The notes beneath the pieces were generated by a model. It was not told where the DNA came from. It did no database searches and saw only the letters and a program-made list of their open reading frames with translations. From a virus, in IMG/VR virus record IMGVR_UViG_3300042874_000422, positions 1-64,000 of that record: DNA of 64,000 bases. One strand, written 5' to 3'. The position numbers and the translations under genes are program-made. Within the stretch, counting starts at the first letter, position 1, and every line of letters begins with the position of its first letter. Of the stretch, positions 55,978 to 64,000 are shown in pieces.

Positions 55978-56670
55978 CTAGCGGCTGCCGCCGAGCAAGG
56001 TCGCGCCGTACGCAGCCGACAGACCGTGGATCTGCGGACCGCCGAGGAGCGAGACCTGGCTCGACCGCGAGCTGGGCTGGCCGAGCAAGCTCACGGGAGC
56101 CGAGCGACCGAGTGACGTACCGGCGAAGCCGGGACCCGCAACGCCCGGGATCGTGCCGACCGACTGCGGCTGTGGCGCGATCGACGGGATGCCAAGGCCA
56201 TTCAGGTAATTCATCTTCGGGATGCCGAGACCGTTCAGGTACGTCCCATCAGCCTGACGACGCATACCGAGGCCGTTGAGCGCGTTCACCTGCGCGATAC
56301 CGAGGCCGGCCATCGCGCCCGGCTCCTTCTCGACGGCGGTCTGCACGGCGGCACTCGCCACCGCGACCGGGAACAGGAGCTTCTCGATGTACGAGAGGCC
56401 CGCTGCGAGGAACGAACCAACGACGGAGCCGAGCGCCATCGGGCGCGTCGAGCGCATCGCTGCGAGGAGACCGGAGGTGCCGAGGCCCGCGAGCAGGCCG
56501 TACAGCTCGCGGTTCTTCGCGTTCTTGCCGCCCTGGACGTGAGCGAGCGCCATCGACGTCACGCCTGCGACGCCACCGCCGATGAGCGTGCCGTAAAAGC
56601 TCAGCGGACCAGCGCTGAGACCGAGGCCGAGCAGGTTGACTTCTCCGAGTAGCTTCGCGCGACGGGCCAT
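55978..56670 (-). CDS. multi-TM protein with repeated [LM]xGLG motifs
   Basis: AAGGAG SD; 3 hydrophobic segments; MAGLG, LNGLG x3, LLG x4. Confidence 0.8.
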   Translation of the reverse strand: MARRAKLLGEVNLLGLGLSAGPLSFYGTLIGGGVAGVTSMALAHVQGGKNAKNRELYGLLAGLGTSGLLAAMRSTRPMALGSVVGSFLAAGLSYIEKLLFPVAVASAAVQTAVEKEPGAMAGLGIAQVNALNGLGMRRQADGTYLNGLGIPKMNYLNGLGIPSIAPQPQSVGTIPGVAGPGFAGTSLGRSAPVSLLGQPSSRSSQVSLLGGPQIHGLSAAYGATLLGGSR

Positions 56671-56684
56671 TGACGTTCTCCTTG

Positions 56685-56867
56685 TTATCGAGTCGGGTTG
56701 GAGCAGCTACCGGTGAACACCAGCCCGCTGCGATGCTTCTTGCTCTTGGGGACTCTGCAGATCTCGACGCCGCGCTTCGTTCGCTTGTTGAACACGCAGC
56801 GACAGTCGGTGCGCTGAACCGGACGTTCCCCGACGCCGGCCAACGTCATGACGTGATTCTTCGCCAC
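56685..56867 (-). CDS. small basic Cys-rich protein (LAGVG leader)
   Basis: TAGTG overlap; 4 Cys. Confidence 0.6.
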   Translation of the reverse strand: MAKNHVMTLAGVGERPVQRTDCRCVFNKRTKRGVEICRVPKSKKHRSGLVFTGSCSNPTR

Positions 56868-57352
56868 TAACCGTTCCACCAACGGTTGGTCCACTGGTGC
56901 CAGCTCGTCTCGGCCTGCGAGCGAGCGTAAGCGTTCGGCAGACCACCACCCTTGAGGAGATGGGCGACCATCTGCTCCTTGGCGATCATCTGCGGCGCGA
57001 TCTCCTCGCCGACCTGCGGGTAGCCCGCGCCCCAGCCGGGCTGGATCATGCCGCCGGCGCCGATCGCGTGCATCCGCTCCATCGGAAGCGCCTGGAGGAC
57101 CTGCTTCTTCGCCTGCTTCTTCGCGCGCCACGCGGCGAATTGCAGACGAATGCGATCGATGACGCCGACACCGCGAAGACCGCCGAGACCGTTGGTCTGG
57201 AGATCCATCGGGTACTGCGTGAACGACGCCGCCACCGACTGGACGTCGGCATTCGGGTCGTAGCCGATCGCCGGCTGGAGGACGCTCGTGCGGTAGACCC
57301 TATCGGGCCTGACGTAGTGCGAGGTGCCCCCATGCCGCGTGATGATCTGCAT
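56867..57352 (-). CDS. putative virion protein (NGLGGLRGVG)
   Basis: TACACA-N6-ATG; first gene of the capsid operon. Confidence 0.7.
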   Translation of the reverse strand: MQIITRHGGTSHYVRPDRVYRTSVLQPAIGYDPNADVQSVAASFTQYPMDLQTNGLGGLRGVGVIDRIRLQFAAWRAKKQAKKQVLQALPMERMHAIGAGGMIQPGWGAGYPQVGEEIAPQMIAKEQMVAHLLKGGGLPNAYARSQAETSWHQWTNRWWNG

Positions 57353-57514
57353 GGTTCATGTGTACCGACGTAGACGTAACTAAGCAATATTGTTAAAGAA
57401 CTTAGAACAGCAGATCACATGAGGCTTCATAACACCCTGAAAGATCGTTCCAAGCGCCCGCGCTTGATCAATTCTTTGATCTGTCGTTCGGAAGGTGCGA
57501 CAGAACGTAGACAC

Positions 57515-58054
57515 GTGCGAACCGTGTATTTCCTGTCGAACAGCGATCTCTCGCGCGTGAAGATCGGCAAAGCGACACGAACTTCGACACGGGTTCGCGC
57601 CGTTCAGGCTGGGTCTGCCGAGCAACTCTTACTCGTGGCCGAGGTCGACGGCTACACACACGTCGAACGCTGGTTTCACGATCGCTTCGCGACACGCCGA
57701 ATCCACAACGAGTGGTTCGTAGTCGACGACGAGCTTGGAAAAACAATCGCAGAGATCCAGCGCGCAGGGCGCGGCGCGAGCAGACATCTTTGCCCTGATG
57801 CTTTTGCGAAAGATCTGCCGCCACAGATCAACGCGCACACGAAACTGACACCCGAGATCGTCGAAGAAGCACGCTGTCGCTACGATCGCGGAGAATCGAT
57901 CACGGCGCTGATTCACCGCTTCTCGGCGATCAAGCCGCTCGATCTCAGTCGGGCGGTGTTCGGGCTCACCTGGCAACAACTGGCGCCGACGACGCGAAAA
58001 CCACCTGACGATCTGCGTCGGTTGCTTCAGGGCAAGTATCGTAGAGTCTCGTAG
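57515..58054 (+). CDS. GIY-YIG (T5orf172-like) nuclease with C-terminal HTH
   Basis: VYF, VKIG, R...Q.GS, E..FH.RF, EWF; start uncertain. Confidence 0.8.
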   Translation: MRTVYFLSNSDLSRVKIGKATRTSTRVRAVQAGSAEQLLLVAEVDGYTHVERWFHDRFATRRIHNEWFVVDDELGKTIAEIQRAGRGASRHLCPDAFAKDLPPQINAHTKLTPEIVEEARCRYDRGESITALIHRFSAIKPLDLSRAVFGLTWQQLAPTTRKPPDDLRRLLQGKYRRVS

Positions 58055-58056
58055 CC

Positions 58057-58593
58057 ATGATGATCCTCAATCCGACGACCGCTGCTGCCGTGGTGCTGCA
58101 CGCGAGCGATGGGGTGTGGATCATGTTCCTGCAGTCGACGGCGCCCTGTGATCCGTACGGCCCAATCATGATCGAGAGCACGATGCGGGAACGGCTCGCG
58201 GCTCGTTTGACAGATCTCAACGAGGACAACGCCTACGGTCTCCGATTGATCGGTCTGATGCCGGTGAACGACCCCAAGAATGTCGACACCGTCTTGGAGG
58301 CGTTCGACGCCTACCGGCTGCACGATGCGTGGTTCGCACCGAACGCCGAGCTTTTGGCGTTCATCGCCGAGAACGCCCAAGACGCGATCTCGTTGCTCCT
58401 GGCGCAAACGCGGCCCGGCGCGCTCCCTGACGCACCGATCATGATCAACGAAATGGCTGACATCCTCGGGGTCTCGGTACCGACGGTGCGGCGCATGATC
58501 AAGCTGGAGGAGATCCCGTTCCTGAAGTTCGGCCGAGTCTACCGTTTCATCGCCGCCGATGTTCTCGCGAGCCTAGAACGACGCCAGCGGTAA
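58057..58593 (+). CDS. degenerate T5orf172-like domain fused to an excisionase-type HTH
   Basis: F...RL..AWF; EMADILGVSVPTVRRMI..EIP..KFGR.YRF. Confidence 0.7.
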   Translation: MMILNPTTAAAVVLHASDGVWIMFLQSTAPCDPYGPIMIESTMRERLAARLTDLNEDNAYGLRLIGLMPVNDPKNVDTVLEAFDAYRLHDAWFAPNAELLAFIAENAQDAISLLLAQTRPGALPDAPIMINEMADILGVSVPTVRRMIKLEEIPFLKFGRVYRFIAADVLASLERRQR

Positions 58594-58619
58594 CCGCACT
58601 GCCGCGCTGCCGGATCCTA

Positions 58620-58892
58620 CTACTTCAGAATCGCCGCGAGCCCGCCGAGAACGCCGAGACCGAGCGCGGCCACGGTGCCGACGACAATCCACTTGCGATT
58701 CTTCCACCACCATGAATCGAACATCGCGTTAGCGGCGTCGATCGGGGCGTCCATTGTACCGCCGAGGTAAGGGCCGACCGGCTGCGCCGTCGACTGCGTC
58801 ATGCCCGGCGGGAACCGCATGTCGGTGACCTGCGGATTCATCGCGGGATCCATGTTGAACTGCCACGCTGGGATGAACCCGAGGTTGTTCAT
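58620..58892 (-). CDS. tail-anchored membrane protein
   Basis: TAAGCT-N6-ATG; MNNLGFIPA; C-terminal TM. Confidence 0.7.
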   Translation of the reverse strand: MNNLGFIPAWQFNMDPAMNPQVTDMRFPPGMTQSTAQPVGPYLGGTMDAPIDAANAMFDSWWWKNRKWIVVGTVAALGLGVLGGLAAILK

Positions 58893-58906
58893 GGCGTCAG
58901 CTTACA

Positions 58907-59221
58907 TCACTTCGGTTTCGCGAAGCCGGGCTTGCGAGCGATGGCCACGATCGGCGTGAACACCGGGAAGAGCCCACCCATGAGGAACCACCACACACCC
59001 CAGCCAATGCTGCCGTGGTTGCGCTTGATCCCGTGGTAACCACTCGCGCCTGCTGACGCGAGCGCAAGGAGCCCCCAGATCGTGTTCTTTGTGATCTTCG
59101 ACGAGTCGACGATCGGCGGTGCGTCGGTGACGACAGGTTCAGCACTGAGGTGACCGAGCCCGTTCAGCCCGTACAGCCCATGTACACCGGTCATCCCGCG
59201 CAACGCTTGCAGATTCAACAT
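58907..59221 (-). CDS. membrane protein with an xxG-repeat leader
   Basis: LRGMTGVHGLYGLNGLG; YHG.KRN.GS.GW. Confidence 0.75.
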   Translation of the reverse strand: MLNLQALRGMTGVHGLYGLNGLGHLSAEPVVTDAPPIVDSSKITKNTIWGLLALASAGASGYHGIKRNHGSIGWGVWWFLMGGLFPVFTPIVAIARKPGFAKPK

Positions 59222-59239
59222 GCGTCGATGATGCCGCTG

Positions 59240-59932
59240 CTACGCGGGGAAGTCGAGAGCCTCGGCGTAAGGGACCTCGACCGCGTACTTGTTGCGGCCG
59301 GGTAGCGTCGTGTCGAGCGCGACCCACTTCGACGGGCCGTTCTTCGGCAACCCTGCGAGCGGGAAGATGTGCGACCAGTCGTCGCTCTTGCTCTCTTTCA
59401 TCACGCGAAGGCGCGGCGTGATGCCATTGAGCGCGAGCAAGGTCGCGATCAGCACGCTCTGGTCGTCGCAATCACCGCCGCCGAATTCCAGCGTGCGCCG
59501 CGCGCTCTGATAAAGGTCGATACCCTCGACGTCGCCGTTCGGGAACTTGATCGGCGCGACATCGCCCGTGTACCGGACGTTGTCCTTGACGAAGTTGTAC
59601 ACCGCACGCGCCTCGCACTCACCATCGCGCTCGGGGCACTGCGACGTGATCTTGAGTGCGAGCTTGCGCATCTCCGGATCTTGCACCGACTTGTGGACGA
59701 GTTTCTGGATCGACGCGAGGCGCTCTTCGATCGGCATTCCTTCGCTGGCGCGAAGCGTCGTTCGCATGTTGCCGTCGGAGTAGCCGTCGATCGCCGGCGC
59801 CTCTTCGTACCGCTTCGACATGAAACGTACACGTCCGAGGCTCGCCGTCTTGCGCTGACGGTAAATGAAGTACCCGCCAAGGAGAGCGACACCGAGACCA
59901 ACGAGGCCCCATTGCTTGCGTGACAGCGCCAT
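59240..59932 (-). CDS. membrane-anchored transglutaminase-like cysteine protease
   Basis: VYNFVK.NVRY..D, GDCDD, SHIF, W.ALDTT (Cys-His-Asp); N-terminal TM. Confidence 0.85.
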   Translation of the reverse strand: MALSRKQWGLVGLGVALLGGYFIYRQRKTASLGRVRFMSKRYEEAPAIDGYSDGNMRTTLRASEGMPIEERLASIQKLVHKSVQDPEMRKLALKITSQCPERDGECEARAVYNFVKDNVRYTGDVAPIKFPNGDVEGIDLYQSARRTLEFGGGDCDDQSVLIATLLALNGITPRLRVMKESKSDDWSHIFPLAGLPKNGPSKWVALDTTLPGRNKYAVEVPYAEALDFPA

Positions 59933-59971
59933 TGGTCCTGACGGTATCACGCTCTATGTTAGGCTCGCGAT

Positions 59972-60370
59972 ATGCTCCAGTTCTCCCCTCTTGGCTCCGT
60001 GTCCGATGACTACGTGGATTGCTTGGCCGAGGGTGGAGATGCGGACGTCTGCCGAGAGCTGCATCCGCCGACACCTGGCGCGCCCACGACCTCGCCGATC
60101 ATGACGGCGGAAGAACAGCAGATCGCTTCGAGCCATGCGTGCGACGTCTGCGACCCGAACACGCAGTGGTGTGACGGCACGACGTGTATCCCGTTTACCG
60201 TCGAAGAACAGGCTAAGTGGGCTGCTGTCGGAAAGCCGCCCGAGCAGATCGTCGTTCGGGCGAGCCCGACCCGATCGCTCATCCCCGGTGTTTCCAACAC
60301 GACGCTCGCGATCGGCGCGGCCTTGCTCGGGCTGGGTGTCATCGCCTACAAGCGCACGCGCCGAGCGTGA
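59972..60370 (+). CDS. Cys-rich tail-anchored membrane protein
   Basis: TAGGCT-N6-ATG; MLQFSPLG leader; TM + KRTRR. Confidence 0.75.
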   Translation: MLQFSPLGSVSDDYVDCLAEGGDADVCRELHPPTPGAPTTSPIMTAEEQQIASSHACDVCDPNTQWCDGTTCIPFTVEEQAKWAAVGKPPEQIVVRASPTRSLIPGVSNTTLAIGAALLGLGVIAYKRTRRA

Positions 60371-60401
60371 TAGCCTACGTTCCAAGGAAGGTGAAGAAGA
60401 C

Positions 60402-60764
60402 ATGATTACGATGAACGGACTCGGAGCAGGCGGCGATAACTGCGACCCAGCAACGTCGTGGTACCAGTCCGACCCGAACATGGCGTACTACGGGAGCTGC
60501 ATCCCGTTCGCCGGCCTTCCCGGCTCAAGCTCGACCGGCCCCGCGCCGACGACGCAGACGACGGCAGCGTCTCCGTGGTGGGGCTCGCTCCTCACCAGCC
60601 TCACGTCGGGCGTGGTCAAGGGCATCGTCGGCAACGACGGTCAGCCCGCGACTCCGACGATGCCGCCGCCCAGGATGCCGCCCACGCCGTGGTACGCAAC
60701 GCCGACCGGCATGATCGGCATCGGTGTCGGTGCGGTCGCGCTGATCTTCCTGCTGAGGAAGTAA
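60402..60764 (+). CDS. tail-anchored membrane protein (MNGLG leader)
   Basis: TM + RK. Confidence 0.7.
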   Translation: MITMNGLGAGGDNCDPATSWYQSDPNMAYYGSCIPFAGLPGSSSTGPAPTTQTTAASPWWGSLLTSLTSGVVKGIVGNDGQPATPTMPPPRMPPTPWYATPTGMIGIGVGAVALIFLLRK

Positions 60765-61018
60765 TGCTGGCGGTCTCACCAGCAAAGCAACCGCTCGCCG
60801 GGATTCTCGATAACTTCATCGACTCAGTCACCGGTAGAGCCGTCTCCAGCGCGACCACCGCCGCACAACCGCTGCTCGACGACGTCGAGCGACGAGTCAA
60901 GGCGCTCATTCTGCCTGTGGTCTTCTTCACCGCCGGTAGCTTCTTGATCGGGCTACTCACGTACCGCGAAGTGGCCAAGCGATCGAAACCGGTCGCGGGA
61001 CTCCGAGGGCGCCGATGA
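60764..61018 (+). CDS. membrane protein (LAG; VAGLRGRR tail)
   Basis: TAATG coupling; TM. Confidence 0.7.
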   Translation: MLAVSPAKQPLAGILDNFIDSVTGRAVSSATTAAQPLLDDVERRVKALILPVVFFTAGSFLIGLLTYREVAKRSKPVAGLRGRR

Positions 61019-61314
61019 TTCTCCTGAACCCGAACGTTGGCGTTGCGCCAGGCACCACGACCATGCAGCTCGGCGAAGCGTGCGCGCCGGATCCGATCGA
61101 GCCCGAGTCGCCGTTCACGCAGATGGTCACGACGTACGCGCCGTCGTCGACGACACTCGACACCGGCGTGGAGCTGTGGATCCCGTACCAAGACACCGTT
61201 CGCTTACGTGGGCTCGGTGAGATTGCGCCGCCGCGCTGGGGGCTCGTGCTGCTCGCCGGACTCACCGCGTTCGGCATCGTGCTCGGATTGCGACGTTGGC
61301 GCGCCAAGCGTTGA
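61015..61314 (+). CDS. tail-anchored membrane protein (LRGLG before the TM)
   Basis: ATGA overlap; VGVAPGTTT shared with the capsid candidate. Confidence 0.75.
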   Translation: MILLNPNVGVAPGTTTMQLGEACAPDPIEPESPFTQMVTTYAPSSTTLDTGVELWIPYQDTVRLRGLGEIAPPRWGLVLLAGLTAFGIVLGLRRWRAKR

Positions 61315-61332
61315 GCGTGATACCGTAGCCGC

Positions 61333-61776
61333 ATGCTCGGTTTCATTCCCGCGCCGATGGGCCAGAAGGTCCCCGGGCAGTACCCGAATCAGATCCAGTA
61401 CAGCTACGGCGGCGACGGTCACTACCTCTGTCCCCCGGATCCGCGGTTCAACCAGCACGGCGAGATCGGGATGTACTACGACACGCCGCTCGGTGGCCCA
61501 CAGATCCCGACGGACGCAGAGCTGGCGACCGTCTACGGCCGGACACCGGTCGCGAGCGCGTGGATCACCGCCAAGGAAGGCTACTTCCCGTCGCCGTGGC
61601 GACCGCCGGGCGGCTGGAACCCCGCTGGCGCATGGGGCCCGCAGCCGAGCTTGGGCGCTGCGCCCATGATCTTCTACAAGTTCGGCATGTCGCCGCTACT
61701 GTGGGGGCTCGTCGCGGGCGCGGGCGGGCTCCTCTGGTGGATGACGCACAAGACCAAGCCGCGTCGGAGGCGTTAG
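61333..61776 (+). CDS. Pro/Gly/Tyr-rich tail-anchored membrane protein
   Basis: TACCGT-N6-ATG; SLG before the TM; RRRR tail. Confidence 0.75.
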   Translation: MLGFIPAPMGQKVPGQYPNQIQYSYGGDGHYLCPPDPRFNQHGEIGMYYDTPLGGPQIPTDAELATVYGRTPVASAWITAKEGYFPSPWRPPGGWNPAGAWGPQPSLGAAPMIFYKFGMSPLLWGLVAGAGGLLWWMTHKTKPRRRR

Positions 61777-62016
61777 ATGCTGACGCTCGGGCTCGGTGAT
61801 CCCGTCGATCTGACGTTGCCAGAAACGGCGACGGCGACCGAGACACAGGCTGTGATCGCCGCGCTCAACGCGCACAACGATCGTGTTTTCAAGGTCACGC
61901 TGATCTCGACGATCGTTGTCGGGCTCGCAGCGGCGCTCAACACGCTGCGCACGTTCCGCACCCTTCAGCGCGAGGAAGCGCGCGAGATGGCTCTCTTAAA
62001 AAGGCTCAAGAAATAA
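61777..62016 (+). CDS. membrane protein (MLTLGLG leader)
   Basis: Single TM. Confidence 0.7.
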   Translation: MLTLGLGDPVDLTLPETATATETQAVIAALNAHNDRVFKVTLISTIVVGLAAALNTLRTFRTLQREEAREMALLKRLKK

Positions 62017-62330
62017 TGGCGAAGCAAGCGGCTCTCCCGACGTACCGCACTGCCGCTCGCGTTCTTGAGGGCGAAAAGGGTTCGGGCATTCGCCTCGCCG
62101 GCTGGACAGTCGCCCGCACGCTCATGATCGCACCGCCGATGATGATCGTCGGTGTTCCGATCCGGCAGGCGTTCACAGGCGCGGCGCTCTCGTCAGCGCT
62201 GATCAGTCTGTTCACGGTGATCCGCCTCTTCGATGCACGGCAGACCGGCATGGCCGGGCTCGACTATGGCAAGCAGATGGCCGGGCTCACTCGTCGACGG
62301 CCGGTTCGCCGGCGCTCTTACGCAAGGTAA
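62016..62330 (+). CDS. membrane protein (MAGL x2 + Arg-rich tail)
   Basis: TAATG coupling. Confidence 0.7.
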   Translation: MAKQAALPTYRTAARVLEGEKGSGIRLAGWTVARTLMIAPPMMIVGVPIRQAFTGAALSSALISLFTVIRLFDARQTGMAGLDYGKQMAGLTRRRPVRRRSYAR

Positions 62331-62574
62331 GAATCAGCGGGATCGACGGCCAGATCACGCCGAACACGATCGACGAGCCCGTGATCAGGAGCAGCTCTTG
62401 GATGTCGAGCGGTTCGTCGATCACGTGACGCCGGGCCGCTTCGTAGAGCAGCACGACACTGGTCATCGTCACAAGGATCGCGACGGCGACGTACGTTGGC
62501 CCGACGAATACCGCGACAGCGCCCGAGATGAACAGCGCGAAGACAATCTGACCAAGTGCGGTGAGGAACTGCAC
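62287..62574 (-). CDS. three-TM membrane protein
   Basis: Three hydrophobic segments. Confidence 0.55.
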   Translation of the reverse strand: MQFLTALGQIVFALFISGAVAVFVGPTYVAVAILVTMTSVVLLYEAARRHVIDEPLDIQELLLITGSSIVFGVIWPSIPLILTLRKSAGEPAVDE

Positions 62575-62614
62575 CCCCTCTATCTACACGAGGGGTACGT
62601 CATCGCGCGAAATT

Positions 62615-64000
62615 TCACGCTCGCGCGCGCCCGTTCGCGGGCTTGGCGGGCTTGACAGGCGGCTGAACCTCGACTGCGTTGTCGTCACCGGTCTCGTCAC
62701 CTTCGTCTTCCTCGTCCTCATCTTCGTCGTCATCGGTGTTGCCCGACAGCTCGTTGAGAACGATCTGTGCGGCCTCGTCGCGGAACTGCTGCGAAGCATC
62801 CGGCAGGAGGACGTCCATGAAGTCGGCGACACGACCCTGACCGAGCAGCTCGGTCATCGCGAGGATTTGGATCTGCTGCTGCATCACGATCATCGCGGCC
62901 TGCAAGATCACACTCGCCGCCTGTTCTGGCTCGACACCGTCGACGGTGCTGTCCTTCTTGAGACGCGGCGGCGACATCTTCAGCGACTCGTGGAAATGCG
63001 CGACACCGACACGAAGCTCTTCGACCTTCGGCAGAATCGGACCGAACCATTCAAGATCGGTGCGCCCATGGATACGCCTGACCTGTGCGCCCTCGACGAC
63101 AGCGGGAACCGGGCCCGTCGTCCATTGTGCGTTCGGATCCTTGCCGTTGCCGTTCGAGGCTCGCACCGACGACGTCTGCGAGACTTGCGTGTCACCGGCG
63201 GGGCCCGCGCTCGCGGGAACCTGTGGGCCGTTCAGACCGCCAGCTTGCTGACGCGCCTGCATCTGCGCCTGCACCGTCATCGCCTGCGCCTGTGCCTGCA
63301 TCGCGGCGGCGTTCGCCTGCGCGAGTGACGCCTGCGATTGCTGTGTCGCTACGGCTTCCTTGGTCTTGCCGCCGAGATACCGCTCGGCCATCGACGACGC
63401 GCGCTCCAGTCCCTTCTCGATCAGCTGGATGGTCTCGCTACCACCGCCGCTGTTGAGCTGCAGGATTTGCTCGACGGCGTTGCGCTGCATTTCGAGGATC
63501 GACTGGTACGTCGACGTGATCGAGCGCGTCGCCTGATCGAGCCCGTTGCTTGACTCCTTGGCCATCGCCATCACGTCGCGCGGGTTCATCATGTACGACT
63601 GCATCTGCGCCATCTGTGCGGTCTGGTTGCGGGCTTGCTCCTTCACCGCTTCGACCTGCTGGCGTGCGTTCTCCTGTAGGAACATCAGCATCGGGTCCGG
63701 GCCCTTGTTCGCTGACGCTGCGGCGAGCGCAGCGGTCTGTGCCGCAGCTTGCTGTTGTGCCACGACCGACGCCTGCATCGCTTCCATCTGGCGACGGCTC
63801 TCCTCGGCCTGACGCTGGATCATCTCCTTCATCTCGCGCTCGCGGCGTTCAGCTTCGCGCTCGCGGCGCTCATCGGCGGCTTGCTGCGCGAGCACGCGGT
63901 TCTGTTCCTTCAACGCCTCGATCGCGGGGTCGGTCGTCGGGCGCTGCGTCGCCGCCGTGGCGAGGGCCGCGATCATCTGCTCCAGCTTCGAGAACTTCTC
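62615..64000 (-). CDS. large Gln/Ala/Met-rich coiled-coil protein (5' end outside the window)
   Basis: Frame open to the window edge; acidic C-terminus. Confidence 0.75.
   Translation of the reverse strand, partial: EKFSKLEQMIAALATAATQRPTTDPAIEALKEQNRVLAQQAADERREREAERREREMKEMIQRQAEESRRQMEAMQASVVAQQQAAAQTAALAAASANKGPDPMLMFLQENARQQVEAVKEQARNQTAQMAQMQSYMMNPRDVMAMAKESSNGLDQATRSITSTYQSILEMQRNAVEQILQLNSGGGSETIQLIEKGLERASSMAERYLGGKTKEAVATQQSQASLAQANAAAMQAQAQAMTVQAQMQARQQAGGLNGPQVPASAGPAGDTQVSQTSSVRASNGNGKDPNAQWTTGPVPAVVEGAQVRRIHGRTDLEWFGPILPKVEELRVGVAHFHESLKMSPPRLKKDSTVDGVEPEQAASVILQAAMIVMQQQIQILAMTELLGQGRVADFMDVLLPDASQQFRDEAAQIVLNELSGNTDDDEDEDEEDEGDETGDDNAVEVQPPVKPAKPANGRARA

Noticed and set aside
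62615-64000. Tape measure protein call for the coiled-coil ORF
   Set aside because: Truncated by the window, no adjacent tail genes, and no diagnostic motifs.

Overview
This GC-rich (roughly two-thirds GC by eye) window reads as part of a large bacterial virus or provirus genome, not a cellular chromosome. A myxobacterial-type Cys-rich lipoprotein suggests a Myxococcota host. It has four parts. (1) 1-5.7 kb, replication: SSB-like protein, UDG-fused family A DNA polymerase, MazG-like protein, adenine methyltransferase. (2) 5.8-14.3 kb: a dense cluster of small Lys/Arg-rich proteins, a kinase and membrane proteins. (3) 14.3-32.8 kb, a minus-strand early/accessory arm: tyrosine integrase, RNA ligase, AlkB, dCMP deaminase, rIIA/rIIB; many of its genes share a GGACACACCCC-ATG leader. 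(4) 33-64 kb, lysis and virion genes: GH25 endolysin, paralogous beta-rich spike/vertex proteins, membrane-anchored cell-wall hydrolases, ThyX, two candidate single jelly-roll capsid proteins, many tail-anchored membrane proteins and a transglutaminase-like Cys protease. I see no terminase, portal, HK97 capsid or tail genes. The main hypothesis is an unusually large, tail-less virus with an internal membrane. Its putative core and membrane proteins repeatedly carry an adenovirus-protease-like [LM]xG[LV]G / LG motif, and many are expressed from leaderless -10 promoters. All family calls come from reading motifs by eye; no searches were run.
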